DNA from: an uncultured delta proteobacterium
GTDB taxonomy: Bacteria; Myxococcota; Kuafuiibacteriia; Kuafuiibacteriales; Kuafuiibacteriaceae
Assembly (NCBI GenBank): GCA_963803435.1
Contig: CAWDML010000009.1
Location: 288,001 to 352,000, forward strand
Direction: 5' to 3'
Length of the DNA stretch: 64,000 bases
The position numbers and the translations under genes are program-made. Shown here piece after piece: positions 8,078-17,652 of the stretch (the stretch's first letter is position 1; every line of letters starts with the position of its first letter). Under the pieces are notes generated by a model. That model was not told the origin of the DNA, ran no database searches, and was given only the letters and a program-made list of their open reading frames with translations.

Positions 8078-9535
8078 CTGAAGAAGCTGCTGCTGGCGCT
8101 GGTCGCAAGCCTGCTGGCACTCACCGGCGTGCTCCTGGTGCGAGCGTCGAGGTTCACGCTCGCGCAGCCGCCGGTGGCGCCGCTCGCGCCCCTCGCCCTC
8201 GACGAGACGGCGGCCGTCGCGCAGCTGGCAGGCGCGCTCCGGATCCCGACCGTCAGCCGCGGCGACCCGCCCCACCGCGACCCGGCGGCGTTCGAGGCGC
8301 TGCACGCGCACCTCCGGGCGTCGTTCCCGCTGACCTTCACGCGGCTGTCGACCGAGGCGGTCGGCCAGTTCGGGCTCCTCTTCACCTGGAAGGGGACCGA
8401 TCCCTCGAAGAGGCCGATCCTGTTGATGGCGCACCAGGACGTGGTGCCCGTCGACGAGCCCTCGGCCTGGACGCACCCGCCGTTCGCGGGCGAGCTCGCC
8501 GACGGCTACCTGTGGGGACGCGGCGCGCTCGACGTGAAGTCGGGCCTCATCGGGATCCTGCAGGCCACGGAGCAGCTCGCCCGCGAGGGCTTCACGCCCG
8601 CGCGCACGCTCTACCTCGCGTTCGGACACGACGAGGAGATCGGCGGCGAGGACGGCGCCAAGCAGATCGCCCACCTTCTCGAGAGCCGCGGCGTCCGGCT
8701 GGAGATGGTGCTCGACGAGGGCGCGGCCATCGTCGAGGGCGTGGTCCCCGACGTCTCGGTGCCTGTCGCCCTGATCGGCGTCGTCGAGAAGGGCTACCTG
8801 AGCCTCGAGCTGTCCACCAAGACCGAGGGCGGCCACTCGTCGATGCCGCCCGCCCGCACCGCGATCGGCCGCATCGCCGCTGCGGTGGCCCGGGTGGAGA
8901 GCGACCCGTTCCCTCCGCGGCTCGCCCCGTTCACGCCGTTCCTCGACTACGTCGGTCCCAAGATGCCCTTCGCCAAGCGGATCGTGTTCGCGAACATGTG
9001 GCTGTTCGAGCCGCTGGTGGCCCGTCTGCTCTCGGCGAAGCCGACCACCGCCGCCAGCATCCACACCACCACCGCGCCGACGATCTTCCGCGCCGGCGTC
9101 AAGGACAACGTCCTCCCGCACCAGGCCAGCGCCGTGATCAACTTCCGGATCATCCCCGGTGAGACGCCGGAGACGGTGACCGCCCGCGTGCGCGCGCTCG
9201 TCGACGATCCCGAGATCGACATCCGCCCCTACGGTGGATTCGGCACCGCGCCCTCGCCGATCTCCAGCACGCAGTCCGAGGCCTACCGCGCCCTCGCCGA
9301 GACTATCCGCCGCGTCTATCCCGACCCGAACCTCGTGGTGGCGCCCTCCCTCGTGGTCGGTGCCACCGACTCCCGCTACTTCCAGCCGATCGCCGACGAC
9401 GTCTATCGCTTCCTGTTCGTGCACCTGGGCCCCGACGACATCCCGCGGATCCACGGGACCGACGAGCGCATCTCGGTCGAGAACCACCTCCAGGCGATCC
9501 GGTTCTACTACGCGCTGATCCAGCGGATGCAGTGA
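8078..9535 (+). CDS. M20 family peptidase/amidohydrolase (PM20D1/carboxypeptidase S-like)
   Basis: MAHQDVVP, GRGALDVK, GHDEEIGG, LDEG, GGHSS, GATD, IHGTDE. The signal/TM segment LKKLLLALVASLL starts at an in-frame CTG (8078); first GTG is 8129. Confidence 0.9.
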   Translation: MKKLLLALVASLLALTGVLLVRASRFTLAQPPVAPLAPLALDETAAVAQLAGALRIPTVSRGDPPHRDPAAFEALHAHLRASFPLTFTRLSTEAVGQFGLLFTWKGTDPSKRPILLMAHQDVVPVDEPSAWTHPPFAGELADGYLWGRGALDVKSGLIGILQATEQLAREGFTPARTLYLAFGHDEEIGGEDGAKQIAHLLESRGVRLEMVLDEGAAIVEGVVPDVSVPVALIGVVEKGYLSLELSTKTEGGHSSMPPARTAIGRIAAAVARVESDPFPPRLAPFTPFLDYVGPKMPFAKRIVFANMWLFEPLVARLLSAKPTTAASIHTTTAPTIFRAGVKDNVLPHQASAVINFRIIPGETPETVTARVRALVDDPEIDIRPYGGFGTAPSPISSTQSEAYRALAETIRRVYPDPNLVVAPSLVVGATDSRYFQPIADDVYRFLFVHLGPDDIPRIHGTDERISVENHLQAIRFYYALIQRMQ

Positions 9536-10318
9536 TCAGGGCGTCCGGAGCGCGCGGACGTCGGCGATGAGCTGTGCCAGGTAGATCGCCGCCATCCGCT
9601 GGCCCTTCTCGCGCGTCGCCAGCGTCGCGTCTCCGAACACGCCGGTCGGCGAGTAGGTCTTGCTGCTGCTCTCCACCCGCGTCAGCCCTGGCTTGGGGAC
9701 CGGATCGTAGTCCTTGACCGCCTTGCTCATGTCCACGCGTTCCGGCGCGAGGTAGAGCATCAGCGAGGTCTCGATCTCGTCCGCGTGCGTGCCGCCCTCC
9801 TGCTGAGCGATGGCCTTGCTCGCTTCCTCCATCGAGTCGAGGTTCGTGTAGCGCATGGTGATCCCGTCGTGCTCCAGGATGGCCTGAGAGAGCGCCAGCG
9901 CCTTCACGGTGGAGACACCGGTGTTCAGCACGTAGAAGCGACGCGGCCCGTAGGCGGCCAGGCTCCGCACCACGTCCACCACCAGGTCGCGCGCCGTCTC
10001 CAGGCGCAGCGTGATCGAGCCCGGGTACTCAGTGAACGCCGGGTAGTAGTGGGCCGTGATCACCGGCGCCGCCACCACGTTCTCCTCTTCGAGCAATCGA
10101 TCGCGGAACCACTTCGCGAGCACCTCATCGTTGTTCAACCGAAGGTGCGGTCCGTGCTCCTTCGATCCGGCGCCCAACGGGATCACGACGATCGCGTCCT
10201 TCGTCAGCACCCGCTCCGCCTCCTGCCAGGTCAGATCCTCCAGCAGCACACCCTTCATCGGCTTCTCCGATCTGCAAGCTACGTTGCAAAACGCCAGCGC
10301 CAGCACCATCGAACGCAT
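9536..10318 (-). CDS. Creatininase/creatinine amidohydrolase family protein
   Basis: LEDLTW.E, PLG...EHGPHL..ND, HADEIETS, SPTGVFGD.TLAT.EKG. Confidence 0.88.
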   Translation of the reverse strand: MRSMVLALAFCNVACRSEKPMKGVLLEDLTWQEAERVLTKDAIVVIPLGAGSKEHGPHLRLNNDEVLAKWFRDRLLEEENVVAAPVITAHYYPAFTEYPGSITLRLETARDLVVDVVRSLAAYGPRRFYVLNTGVSTVKALALSQAILEHDGITMRYTNLDSMEEASKAIAQQEGGTHADEIETSLMLYLAPERVDMSKAVKDYDPVPKPGLTRVESSSKTYSPTGVFGDATLATREKGQRMAAIYLAQLIADVRALRTP

Positions 10319-10401
10319 CCCCTCTCATACCCCCGCGACCAAAAATTTGCGGGATGGATCACACCAGGGCACAGTGCGCACATCACCGTTCGGAGGATCA
10401 C

Positions 10402-10941
10402 ATGAGCTACCGTCTTACCATCGCCGCTTTCGCCCTATTTTCCGTGGCTTGTGCCAAGAAGACCGAGCCCCGGCACGACCTCGATCGGATGCGCGCGCAG
10501 GCCCGCTACGTGGCCATGCAGCAGCTCGCCGACAACTTCGAGCGCGTCTACTTCGAGTTCGACTCGGCGCTCCTGACCCCCGAGAGCCGGAACGCCCTGG
10601 CCGACAATGTCGAGATCATGAACCACTTCCCCGAGATCAGCGTCGAGGTCGAGGGGCACTGCGACGATCGCGGGAGCGTCGAGTACAACCTGGCGCTCGG
10701 CGAGCGGCGCGCGAACGCGATCCGTCGCTACATGGTGACCGCCGGCCTCCCCGAGGCCAACATCACCACCATCTCCTACGGCGAGGAGCGCCCGCTGATC
10801 GAGGGAGAGACCGACGAGGCCTACCGCAAGAACCGTCGCGCCGAGTTCCGTCTCGCTGTCGCCGACCCGCGCGTGAAGGGCAGCGTCGCCGAGATCGAGG
10901 TCGGCGGCCGCGAAGGCGCCCTGGCCGCGCTCCGCCGCTAG
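10402..10941 (+). CDS. Pal-like OmpA-domain peptidoglycan-associated lipoprotein
   Basis: GGAGGA RBS; lipobox SVAC; [42 protein letters not shown]. Confidence 0.9.
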   Translation: MSYRLTIAAFALFSVACAKKTEPRHDLDRMRAQARYVAMQQLADNFERVYFEFDSALLTPESRNALADNVEIMNHFPEISVEVEGHCDDRGSVEYNLALGERRANAIRRYMVTAGLPEANITTISYGEERPLIEGETDEAYRKNRRAEFRLAVADPRVKGSVAEIEVGGREGALAALRR

Positions 10942-12395
10942 ATCGTCCGCCCTGGTCTGCGGCGCGCGTGATCGGTCGCGGCCTCGAACGCCTGCGCGAT
11001 CCGGAGGATCTTCGCCTCCTCGAAGTGCCCCCCGAGCAGCTGCAGCCCCACGGGGAGCCCGTCCTTCGTGAACCCGGCCGGGACCGACAGCCCGCAATGT
11101 CCCGACAGGTTGGCCGACACCGTGTAGACGTCCGCCAGGTACATCGCGAGCGGGTCGTCGAGCTTCTCGCCCAGCGCGAACGCAGGCGTGGGATAGACCG
11201 GCGTGGCGATCGCGTCGACCTTGGAGAACGCCTCCGCGAAGTCGCGCCGGATCAGTGTGCGGACCCGCTGCGCGCGGCCGTAGTACGCGTCGTAGTAGCC
11301 GGCCGAGAGCACGTAGGTGCCGAGGATGATGCGCCGCCGCACCTCCGGCCCGAACCCGTGGGCGCGTGAAGCGGCGTACATGCGGCGCAGCTCCGTCTCC
11401 GGCTCCCGGGCGCCGTAGCGGACGCCGTCGTACCGCGCCAGGTTGGAGGAGGCCTCGGCGGTGCAGATGACGTAGTAGGTCGCGACCGCGTACTTCGTGT
11501 GGGGCAGGGCGATCGGCACCACCGAGGCGCCGAGCCCACGCAGCGTCTCGATGGCCTCGCGGACGACGCGCTCCACCTCCGGCGAGAGCCCGGCGGCGAA
11601 GAGTGCCTCCGGCACGCCGATCGATAGGCCGGCCACACCGCCGTCGAGGGCTTCGAGGTAGCTCGGTACGGGCGCGTCGGCCGACGTGGAGTCGCGCGCG
11701 TCGTGACCCGCGATCGCCTGCAGCAGGTGGGCGATGTCGTGGGCCGAGCGGCCGAAGGGGCCCACCTGATCGAGCGACGAGGCGAACGCGATGACGCCGA
11801 ACCGCGAGACGCGGCCGTAGGTGGGCTTGAGGCCGTAGACGCCCGAGAACGAGGCCGGCTGTCGGATCGAGCCGCCGGTGTCCGTCCCCAGCGCGCCGAA
11901 CACCTGGCCTGCGGCCACCGCTGCGGCGCTGCCTCCCGAGGAGCCGCCGGGCACGCGCTCCGGATCCCACGGGTTCAGCACCGGACCGAAGCTCGACCAT
12001 TCCGTGGAGGACCCCATCGCGAACTCGTCGAGGTTGGTCTTTCCGATGATGACCGCGCCCGCCTCGGCGAGGCGCCGCGCCATCGTGCCTTGATACGGCG
12101 GGATCCAGCCCTTCAGGATCTGCGAGCCGGCCGAGGTCGCGATCCCCTCGGTCACCAGCATGTCCTTGAGCGCCAGCGGGACGCCGTCGAGGGGTCCCAG
12201 CCGCTGTCCGCGTCCGGCGCGTCGGTCGGCGGCCTCGGCGGAGGCCATCGCGCCGCGGGCGTCCACGGTGAGGAAGGCGTTGAACGCGTCGGTCCGGGAG
12301 AGACACAGCTCGGTCACCTCGCGGCTCGTCAGCTCGCGCGCTGCCAGGCGATCCGACACCTCGCTCAGCGTCAGCTCGTGGATCGGCGTGCTCAC
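10938..12395 (-). CDS. gatA: Glu-tRNA(Gln)/Asp-tRNA(Asn) amidotransferase subunit A
   Basis: [61 protein letters not shown]; GTG start at 12395. Confidence 0.96.
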   Translation of the reverse strand: MSTPIHELTLSEVSDRLAARELTSREVTELCLSRTDAFNAFLTVDARGAMASAEAADRRAGRGQRLGPLDGVPLALKDMLVTEGIATSAGSQILKGWIPPYQGTMARRLAEAGAVIIGKTNLDEFAMGSSTEWSSFGPVLNPWDPERVPGGSSGGSAAAVAAGQVFGALGTDTGGSIRQPASFSGVYGLKPTYGRVSRFGVIAFASSLDQVGPFGRSAHDIAHLLQAIAGHDARDSTSADAPVPSYLEALDGGVAGLSIGVPEALFAAGLSPEVERVVREAIETLRGLGASVVPIALPHTKYAVATYYVICTAEASSNLARYDGVRYGAREPETELRRMYAASRAHGFGPEVRRRIILGTYVLSAGYYDAYYGRAQRVRTLIRRDFAEAFSKVDAIATPVYPTPAFALGEKLDDPLAMYLADVYTVSANLSGHCGLSVPAGFTKDGLPVGLQLLGGHFEEAKILRIAQAFEAATDHARRRPGRTI

Positions 12396-12734
12396 TCGAC
12401 GATCCTCGGGACCCGCACCGCACCTCCCGAACGGGCCGGCGCGCCCTCCAAGAGGCGCTCGGGATCGATCCCCTCGTCCGTCCGATCGGGACGCATCGCA
12501 GGCGGCAGCGGGACGCCGTGGCTGGTCGGCTCCACCCCGGAGACGTCGACTTCCTCGAGCTGTTTCACATGCTCCAGGATTCTGGGTGATGTCGGCCGCC
12601 AGCCGCCGCAGCGTCTCGTCGTCGATGAGGTGCGCGTCAGGCTCGACCCAGCGGCCGTCGCGATCCTTCACCCGTGGATGTTCCAGATGGGCCAGCCGGG
12701 CGACCCGGCGGACCTCCGCTTCGTCGATGGCCAT
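12392..12734 (-). CDS. gatC: Amidotransferase subunit C (+1 frameshift at 12578-12582)
   Basis: [15 protein letters not shown]...; after removing one base: [21 protein letters not shown]...AP...VPRIVE*, with the stop overlapping the gatA start. Confidence 0.88.
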
Positions 12735-12737
12735 GGC

Positions 12738-14846
12738 TCACCTCTTCTCCGACCGGAGCCGCGCCAGCGTGCGCTCCGCGGTGGTCCGGTCCAGACCCGA
12801 GGGCGCCCGCGCCAGAAACTCCTCGTAGGCGTCGATCGCCTTGGGTGTCTCGCCCATGGCGCGATACGACTCGGCGAGCCCGTAGTACGCCATCGAATAC
12901 TTGTCGTTGGCGCGGATCGCGCGATCGAAGGAGGCGAGGGCGAGCTGGGGCCGATCCAGATCGAGGAAGCACCACCCCTTCCCCGTGTGGGGCTCCGCCG
13001 AGTAGGGTTTGAGCTCCGCGGCGCGTCCGTACGCGTTGAGCGCCGCCTTCGTGCGGTCGCGCTCGCGCAGGCCGTCGGCCCGCGCCATCCACCACTCGAA
13101 CGTGTCCGGGTGCTCGGTGGGCTCGCTGTCCGGATCGGGTGCCTTGTGCTCGGCGGGCGGCGGGGGCGGCGGCGCCTTCGTCTCGGTGGGCTTGTCCAGC
13201 GCTGCGGCGGCCGCCAGCAGCCTCTTGGCCTCTTCGTGGGCGGGGGCGGTGGCCAGCACGCGGTCGAGCTCCACCTTGGCGCTCGCCGGATCGGCCTGGG
13301 CGAGGGCGATCCGCGCCAGGAGCACGCGCGCGCAGTTCATCGTCGGCCGGGCGGTGACCGCCTGCTCGAGCAGACCCTTGGCCTCGGGGAGGCCCCCCGC
13401 GTCGGGGCTGGCCGGATCGACGAGGGCCGCGCTGGCCTCCAGATAGAGCGTGGCCGGATCGACCCGCCCCACGTCCATGCCCGCCTTCGCCTTGACGATC
13501 GCGCGCTGGTAGTCGTCGGTGTCCTTCTGCAGCAGGTGGTAGGCGGCCAGCGCCCGCGCGGTCTCCTGCGCCTCGGGCGCGCGGCTCTGGGCGGACGTCG
13601 CCACCGTGAAGGCCACGTCGAGGAGCGGCTCGGCGAGCCTCTTCTTCGCCTCGGCTTCGGCGAGCAGCGGCTTCGGATCGGCCTTCTGCTTCTCGAGCGC
13701 AGCCGCGGCCACCTCCAGATCCTTCGCCCACCTTCGGTACGCGGCGGCCTGCACCACGAGCACGCGGGCGCGCTCCGCGGCGATCACCGGGTCGCCATGC
13801 CGCATCTGCTCGGCCTTCTCCAGGAGCCCCGCGGCCTTCTGGAGGCTGGGGAGCGTGTCGAGATCGGCAGACGCCTCCGCCTCCTCGACCAGCCGGGTGG
13901 CGCCGTCGTCGACCGGATGGCCGGCGGTCAGCCCGTATTGGACGGCCAGGCCCATGACCGGGTTGCCCTCGGGACCGTACTTCGCGACGGCGATCGCACC
14001 GCCGAGCGCCGCCGTCACCACCAGCAGCGCGACCCACCCGAGGGTCTTGAGCCGCTGCGAGCGCTCGAAGCGGGCCACGATGTCGCTCTTGCTGGTGTCG
14101 CTCGGATCGTCGTCGATGCGGATGCTGAGGTCCGGGATCGCCGCGGGCTGGGGCCGGTGATTCGGCTTGGAGACCGGGGCGTTGTTCCTGGCGTTCGGCG
14201 GTGAGAACGCCTGTGCGCCCATGCCATTGCCGGGGAGCATCGGGCTGTCGTGGCGCGGCATCGGCGCGGTGCTGGCCACCGGGACCGGCATGGTCCCGCG
14301 CAGCGCCTGGACGCTGCCGGTGTGGGCGGGCGCGGTCGGCAGCGACACGGACGACGAGTAGCTCGGTGGGAGCGTCGGGACGCCCGGGTTCGAGGTGGGC
14401 TGAGGCTGGGGGATCGGGTTGGCGGCGCTGAGGACCTCGCTCCCCCGGAGCTCGATCTGGCTCTGATCCATCAACGTGTTCAGGGTGCGGGCCTTCTCGT
14501 ATACTGAAAAGAACGGCTCGAGCTCCATGATGTTGCCGAGCCGCTTCCAGGTCTCCCCGTTCTTCGAGATCTCGTCGTCCCGGCCGATCCGGCCCTCCAC
14601 GATCCACTTCTGGAGCGTGGTCAGCTCTCGAAACGCGATCATCTGACTATCCGGCTTGCGGACCAGCCACTCCTTGCCTTGGGGCCCCTTACCTATCGAG
14701 GTGGTCGCCCGCGGGGGCGGGATGCGCGCCCGGCGCACCTTGAATACGAAGCCGCAGGCGGTACATTTGACCGTCACGCCGTTGGCGCCGATCCGGTTCT
14801 CGTCGAACTCGTACTCGGTGCCGCACTTCTCGCAGCGAACGTCCAT
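12738..14846 (-). CDS. Zinc-ribbon (MJ0042-type) + GYF-like + TM + TPR protein
   Basis: CEKC...CTAC ribbon; LQKWIVEGRIGRDDEISKNGETW (GYF_2-like); Pro-rich linker; TM WVALLVVTAALGGAIAV; C-terminal TPRs. Confidence 0.8.
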   Translation of the reverse strand: MDVRCEKCGTEYEFDENRIGANGVTVKCTACGFVFKVRRARIPPPRATTSIGKGPQGKEWLVRKPDSQMIAFRELTTLQKWIVEGRIGRDDEISKNGETWKRLGNIMELEPFFSVYEKARTLNTLMDQSQIELRGSEVLSAANPIPQPQPTSNPGVPTLPPSYSSSVSLPTAPAHTGSVQALRGTMPVPVASTAPMPRHDSPMLPGNGMGAQAFSPPNARNNAPVSKPNHRPQPAAIPDLSIRIDDDPSDTSKSDIVARFERSQRLKTLGWVALLVVTAALGGAIAVAKYGPEGNPVMGLAVQYGLTAGHPVDDGATRLVEEAEASADLDTLPSLQKAAGLLEKAEQMRHGDPVIAAERARVLVVQAAAYRRWAKDLEVAAAALEKQKADPKPLLAEAEAKKRLAEPLLDVAFTVATSAQSRAPEAQETARALAAYHLLQKDTDDYQRAIVKAKAGMDVGRVDPATLYLEASAALVDPASPDAGGLPEAKGLLEQAVTARPTMNCARVLLARIALAQADPASAKVELDRVLATAPAHEEAKRLLAAAAALDKPTETKAPPPPPPAEHKAPDPDSEPTEHPDTFEWWMARADGLRERDRTKAALNAYGRAAELKPYSAEPHTGKGWCFLDLDRPQLALASFDRAIRANDKYSMAYYGLAESYRAMGETPKAIDAYEEFLARAPSGLDRTTAERTLARLRSEKR

Positions 14847-14870
14847 GAACAGCTAGCGGTGCGAAACGTA

Positions 14871-17147
14871 TCACGACTCTTCGGCCAAACTCACGAAGCG
14901 TGCTGCCACAGTCTTGAGCCCGGCCTCGCCCGGAAACCGGACCCGCAGGAGGGTCCGCTTGCCCGACCCCTCGCGCTCCAGGATCGTTCCGACGCCGAAC
15001 AGATTGTGGTGGATGCGGGCGCCCGGCCGAAAGCCGTCGGAGGGTGCGGCCGTGTCCGACATGCCCTCCCAGGGTCGGTCGTCCGGGGGCGGCGGCGGCT
15101 CGTCCTCGTACACCAGCTGGTCCCCGCCTCGATCGACGGCCCGGCGAACCGGCGCCGGGGCGACCCGCACCGCCCGGGGCAGGGGCATGTTGCCCACGAT
15201 GCCGTCGGGGAGGTCGGCGAGGAAGCGCGACGCGCGACGGACCTCCTCCGTCCCGTAGACGCGGCGCAGGCGGGCGGCCGTCAGGTGAAGCTCCCGCATC
15301 GCCCGGGTCATGCCCACGTAGCAGAGGCGCCGCTCCTCCTCCATCGCCTCCCGGTCCTCGCTGTCGAGGGCCTTTCGGCTGGGGAACGTCTGATCCTCCA
15401 TCCCCACCATGAAGACGATCGGGAACTCGAGGCCCTTGGCAGAGTGCAGCGTCAACAGCGAGACCGAGCCCTCCTCGCTGGCGCGATCGTCGGCCGAGGT
15501 CAGCGCCGCCTGCTCGAGGAACGCCTCGAGGAGCGTACGGCCCTCATCGGGCGTCGCGCGCTGCTCGAACTCCACGATCGACGACACCAGCTCGCTGACG
15601 TTGGCGAGGCGATCGTCGGCGTTCTGCGGCTCGGTGTCGTACAGGTGCCGCTCGTAGCCGATTCGATCGATGATCACGCCTGCCACCTCGCTCGCCCGGG
15701 CCGAGCGCGCCAGCTCGCGGAAGTCCTCCAGCAGGCGGTCGAGGTCGCGGAGCTTCTCGATCGTCGCCTTGCCCAGTCCCACCTCGAGGAGCTTCTCCGT
15801 GGGCAGCGCCAGCACGAGGGCCCCCTGGGCCTCGTTGGCCTCGGCCGCCTTGCGCAGCTTCTCCAGCGTCTTGGCGCCGATCCCGCGGGCCGGGGTGTTG
15901 GCGGCGCGCTCGAAGTCCTGCGACGAGGCCGGGTTGGCGGTGAGGCGGAGGTACGCGAGCACGTCTTTCACCTCCATCCGCTCGTAGAAGCCCGTTCCTC
16001 CGATCAGCGTGTACGGGACGCGCTCGCGCTTGAACGACTCCTCGAAGAGCCGGGACTGCGCGTTGGCGCGATAGAGGATCGCGAAGTCCTCGGGGAGCGC
16101 GCCGGCTTCGATCCGCTGGCGGATCAGCTCCGCGATCATTCTCGCCTCCTCCTCACCGGTGTTGAAGAGCGCCATCCCGACCGCCTCGCCGGGGCCGGCC
16201 TGGGTGCGCAGGCGCTTTTGGTGGCGCCGCGCGTTCTTCGCGATGACGGCGTTGGCCGCCTCGAGGATGTTGGCCGTGCTCCGATAGTTCTCCTCGAGCT
16301 TCACCACGGTGGCTTGGGGGAACTGCTTCGTGAACTCGAGGATGTTGCTCACCTCGGCCCCGCGCCACCGATAGATCGACTGGTCGTCGTCACCGACCAC
16401 ACCCAGGTTCTGGTGCTCGCTCACCAGCTGCTTGAGCAGCTCGTATTGGATCGCGTTGGTGTCCTGGAACTCGTCGACCAGCACGTAGCGGAAGCGGTCC
16501 GAGTAGCGGCGCCGGACCTCGGGGTGGTGCGCCAGGAGCTCGACGGCCAGGAGCAGCAGATCGCCGAAATCCATGGCGTTCGACTGGGTGAGCGCCCGCT
16601 GGTAGCGCGGATAGGCGGCCCGCGCGATCTTGCGTGCAGGCGTCTCGAACGACACGGCCTGTTCGGCGAGCTGCTTCGGACCGATGCCCTTGTTCTTCGC
16701 GCGATCGATCTCGTTTGCGACCGAGGCCACGCTGATCCCGCGGCTGGTGTCGACCGCCATGTCCTCGAGCACGCGCCGCAGGAGTCGCTTGCTATCGTCG
16801 GCGTCGTAGATGGTGAAGTTGGAGGTGTACCCGAGCCGCTTGCCCTCGATCCGCAGCAGGCGCGCCGAGAGGCTGTGGAAGGTCCCGATCCACGCCTTGG
16901 CCAGCGAGGTTCCGATCAGCTTCTCGAGGCGGCTCTTCATCTCGCCTGCCGCCTTGTTCGTGAACGTGACGGCGAAGATCTGCCAGGGCACCGCCTTCTT
17001 CCTCTCCAGGAGGTACGCGATGCGGTGCACCAGCACGCGGGTCTTGCCGGAGCCGGCGCCGGCGAGGATCAGGAGCGGACCTTCGGTGGTGGTGGCGGCC
17101 CGGTACTGCTCCGGGTTCAGGATCTCCGCGAGATCGGGCAGCGCCAC
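14871..17147 (-). CDS. uvrD: UvrD/PcrA SF1 DNA helicase
   Basis: AGAGSGKT, VTFTNKAA, DEFQDTN, VGDDDQSIY.WRGA, LEENYRS, TLHSAKGLEF, EERRLCYVGMTRA, C-terminal Tudor-like HNLFGVG. Confidence 0.95.
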   Translation of the reverse strand: MALPDLAEILNPEQYRAATTTEGPLLILAGAGSGKTRVLVHRIAYLLERKKAVPWQIFAVTFTNKAAGEMKSRLEKLIGTSLAKAWIGTFHSLSARLLRIEGKRLGYTSNFTIYDADDSKRLLRRVLEDMAVDTSRGISVASVANEIDRAKNKGIGPKQLAEQAVSFETPARKIARAAYPRYQRALTQSNAMDFGDLLLLAVELLAHHPEVRRRYSDRFRYVLVDEFQDTNAIQYELLKQLVSEHQNLGVVGDDDQSIYRWRGAEVSNILEFTKQFPQATVVKLEENYRSTANILEAANAVIAKNARRHQKRLRTQAGPGEAVGMALFNTGEEEARMIAELIRQRIEAGALPEDFAILYRANAQSRLFEESFKRERVPYTLIGGTGFYERMEVKDVLAYLRLTANPASSQDFERAANTPARGIGAKTLEKLRKAAEANEAQGALVLALPTEKLLEVGLGKATIEKLRDLDRLLEDFRELARSARASEVAGVIIDRIGYERHLYDTEPQNADDRLANVSELVSSIVEFEQRATPDEGRTLLEAFLEQAALTSADDRASEEGSVSLLTLHSAKGLEFPIVFMVGMEDQTFPSRKALDSEDREAMEEERRLCYVGMTRAMRELHLTAARLRRVYGTEEVRRASRFLADLPDGIVGNMPLPRAVRVAPAPVRRAVDRGGDQLVYEDEPPPPPDDRPWEGMSDTAAPSDGFRPGARIHHNLFGVGTILEREGSGKRTLLRVRFPGEAGLKTVAARFVSLAEES

Positions 17148-17151
17148 CGGC

Positions 17152-17652
17152 TCATGCTGCCTCGACGACGGGCAGCGAGGCCAGCGCAGAGACGTAGTCA
17201 GCGGGGAGATCGTGCGCGCGGGCGCCCGCGAGCACGGTGTCGAGGTATCTTCGATCCGGCCAGACCGGCTGCGCCTCCAGCCAGCGCTCGTTGACCTGAT
17301 AGACCCAGGCTTCGACCAGATCGCCGCCCACGTCCACCCGCTCCAGCGTGCGACTGTAGTAGAGCGGCGTGCCCTCCTTCTCGTCGATGACCTCGAGCCC
17401 GGCGGCGTCGGTGACGATGACCGCGCCGTGCACGACCTGGTCCGGCGCGCGGACGACGTTGGCGGCTCCGCACTGCCTGCGCGAGCGGTAGTTCCAGGTC
17501 AGGCGGAAGTTCGCGAGCGCGCCCCTGCGGGCGTCGAGGATGCGCGGCTCGGGAAAGCCGTGCGTGCGGGCCCACTCCGACAGGTGCGGCAGGCACATGT
17601 TGGAGCCGTACGCGAATACGCGGATCGGGGTGGGGACGTTAGAACGAGACAC
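17152..17652 (-). CDS. Gamma-glutamylcyclotransferase family protein
   Basis: VFAYGSN, GAANVV, VHG, IDEKEG, Y...GAR.H.LP..Y. Confidence 0.8.
   Translation of the reverse strand: MSRSNVPTPIRVFAYGSNMCLPHLSEWARTHGFPEPRILDARRGALANFRLTWNYRSRRQCGAANVVRAPDQVVHGAVIVTDAAGLEVIDEKEGTPLYYSRTLERVDVGGDLVEAWVYQVNERWLEAQPVWPDRRYLDTVLAGARAHDLPADYVSALASLPVVEAA

Noticed and set aside
10938-12734. GatC-GatA fusion (598 aa)
   Set aside because: Caused by the insertion at 12578; the repaired gatC stops at 12392.
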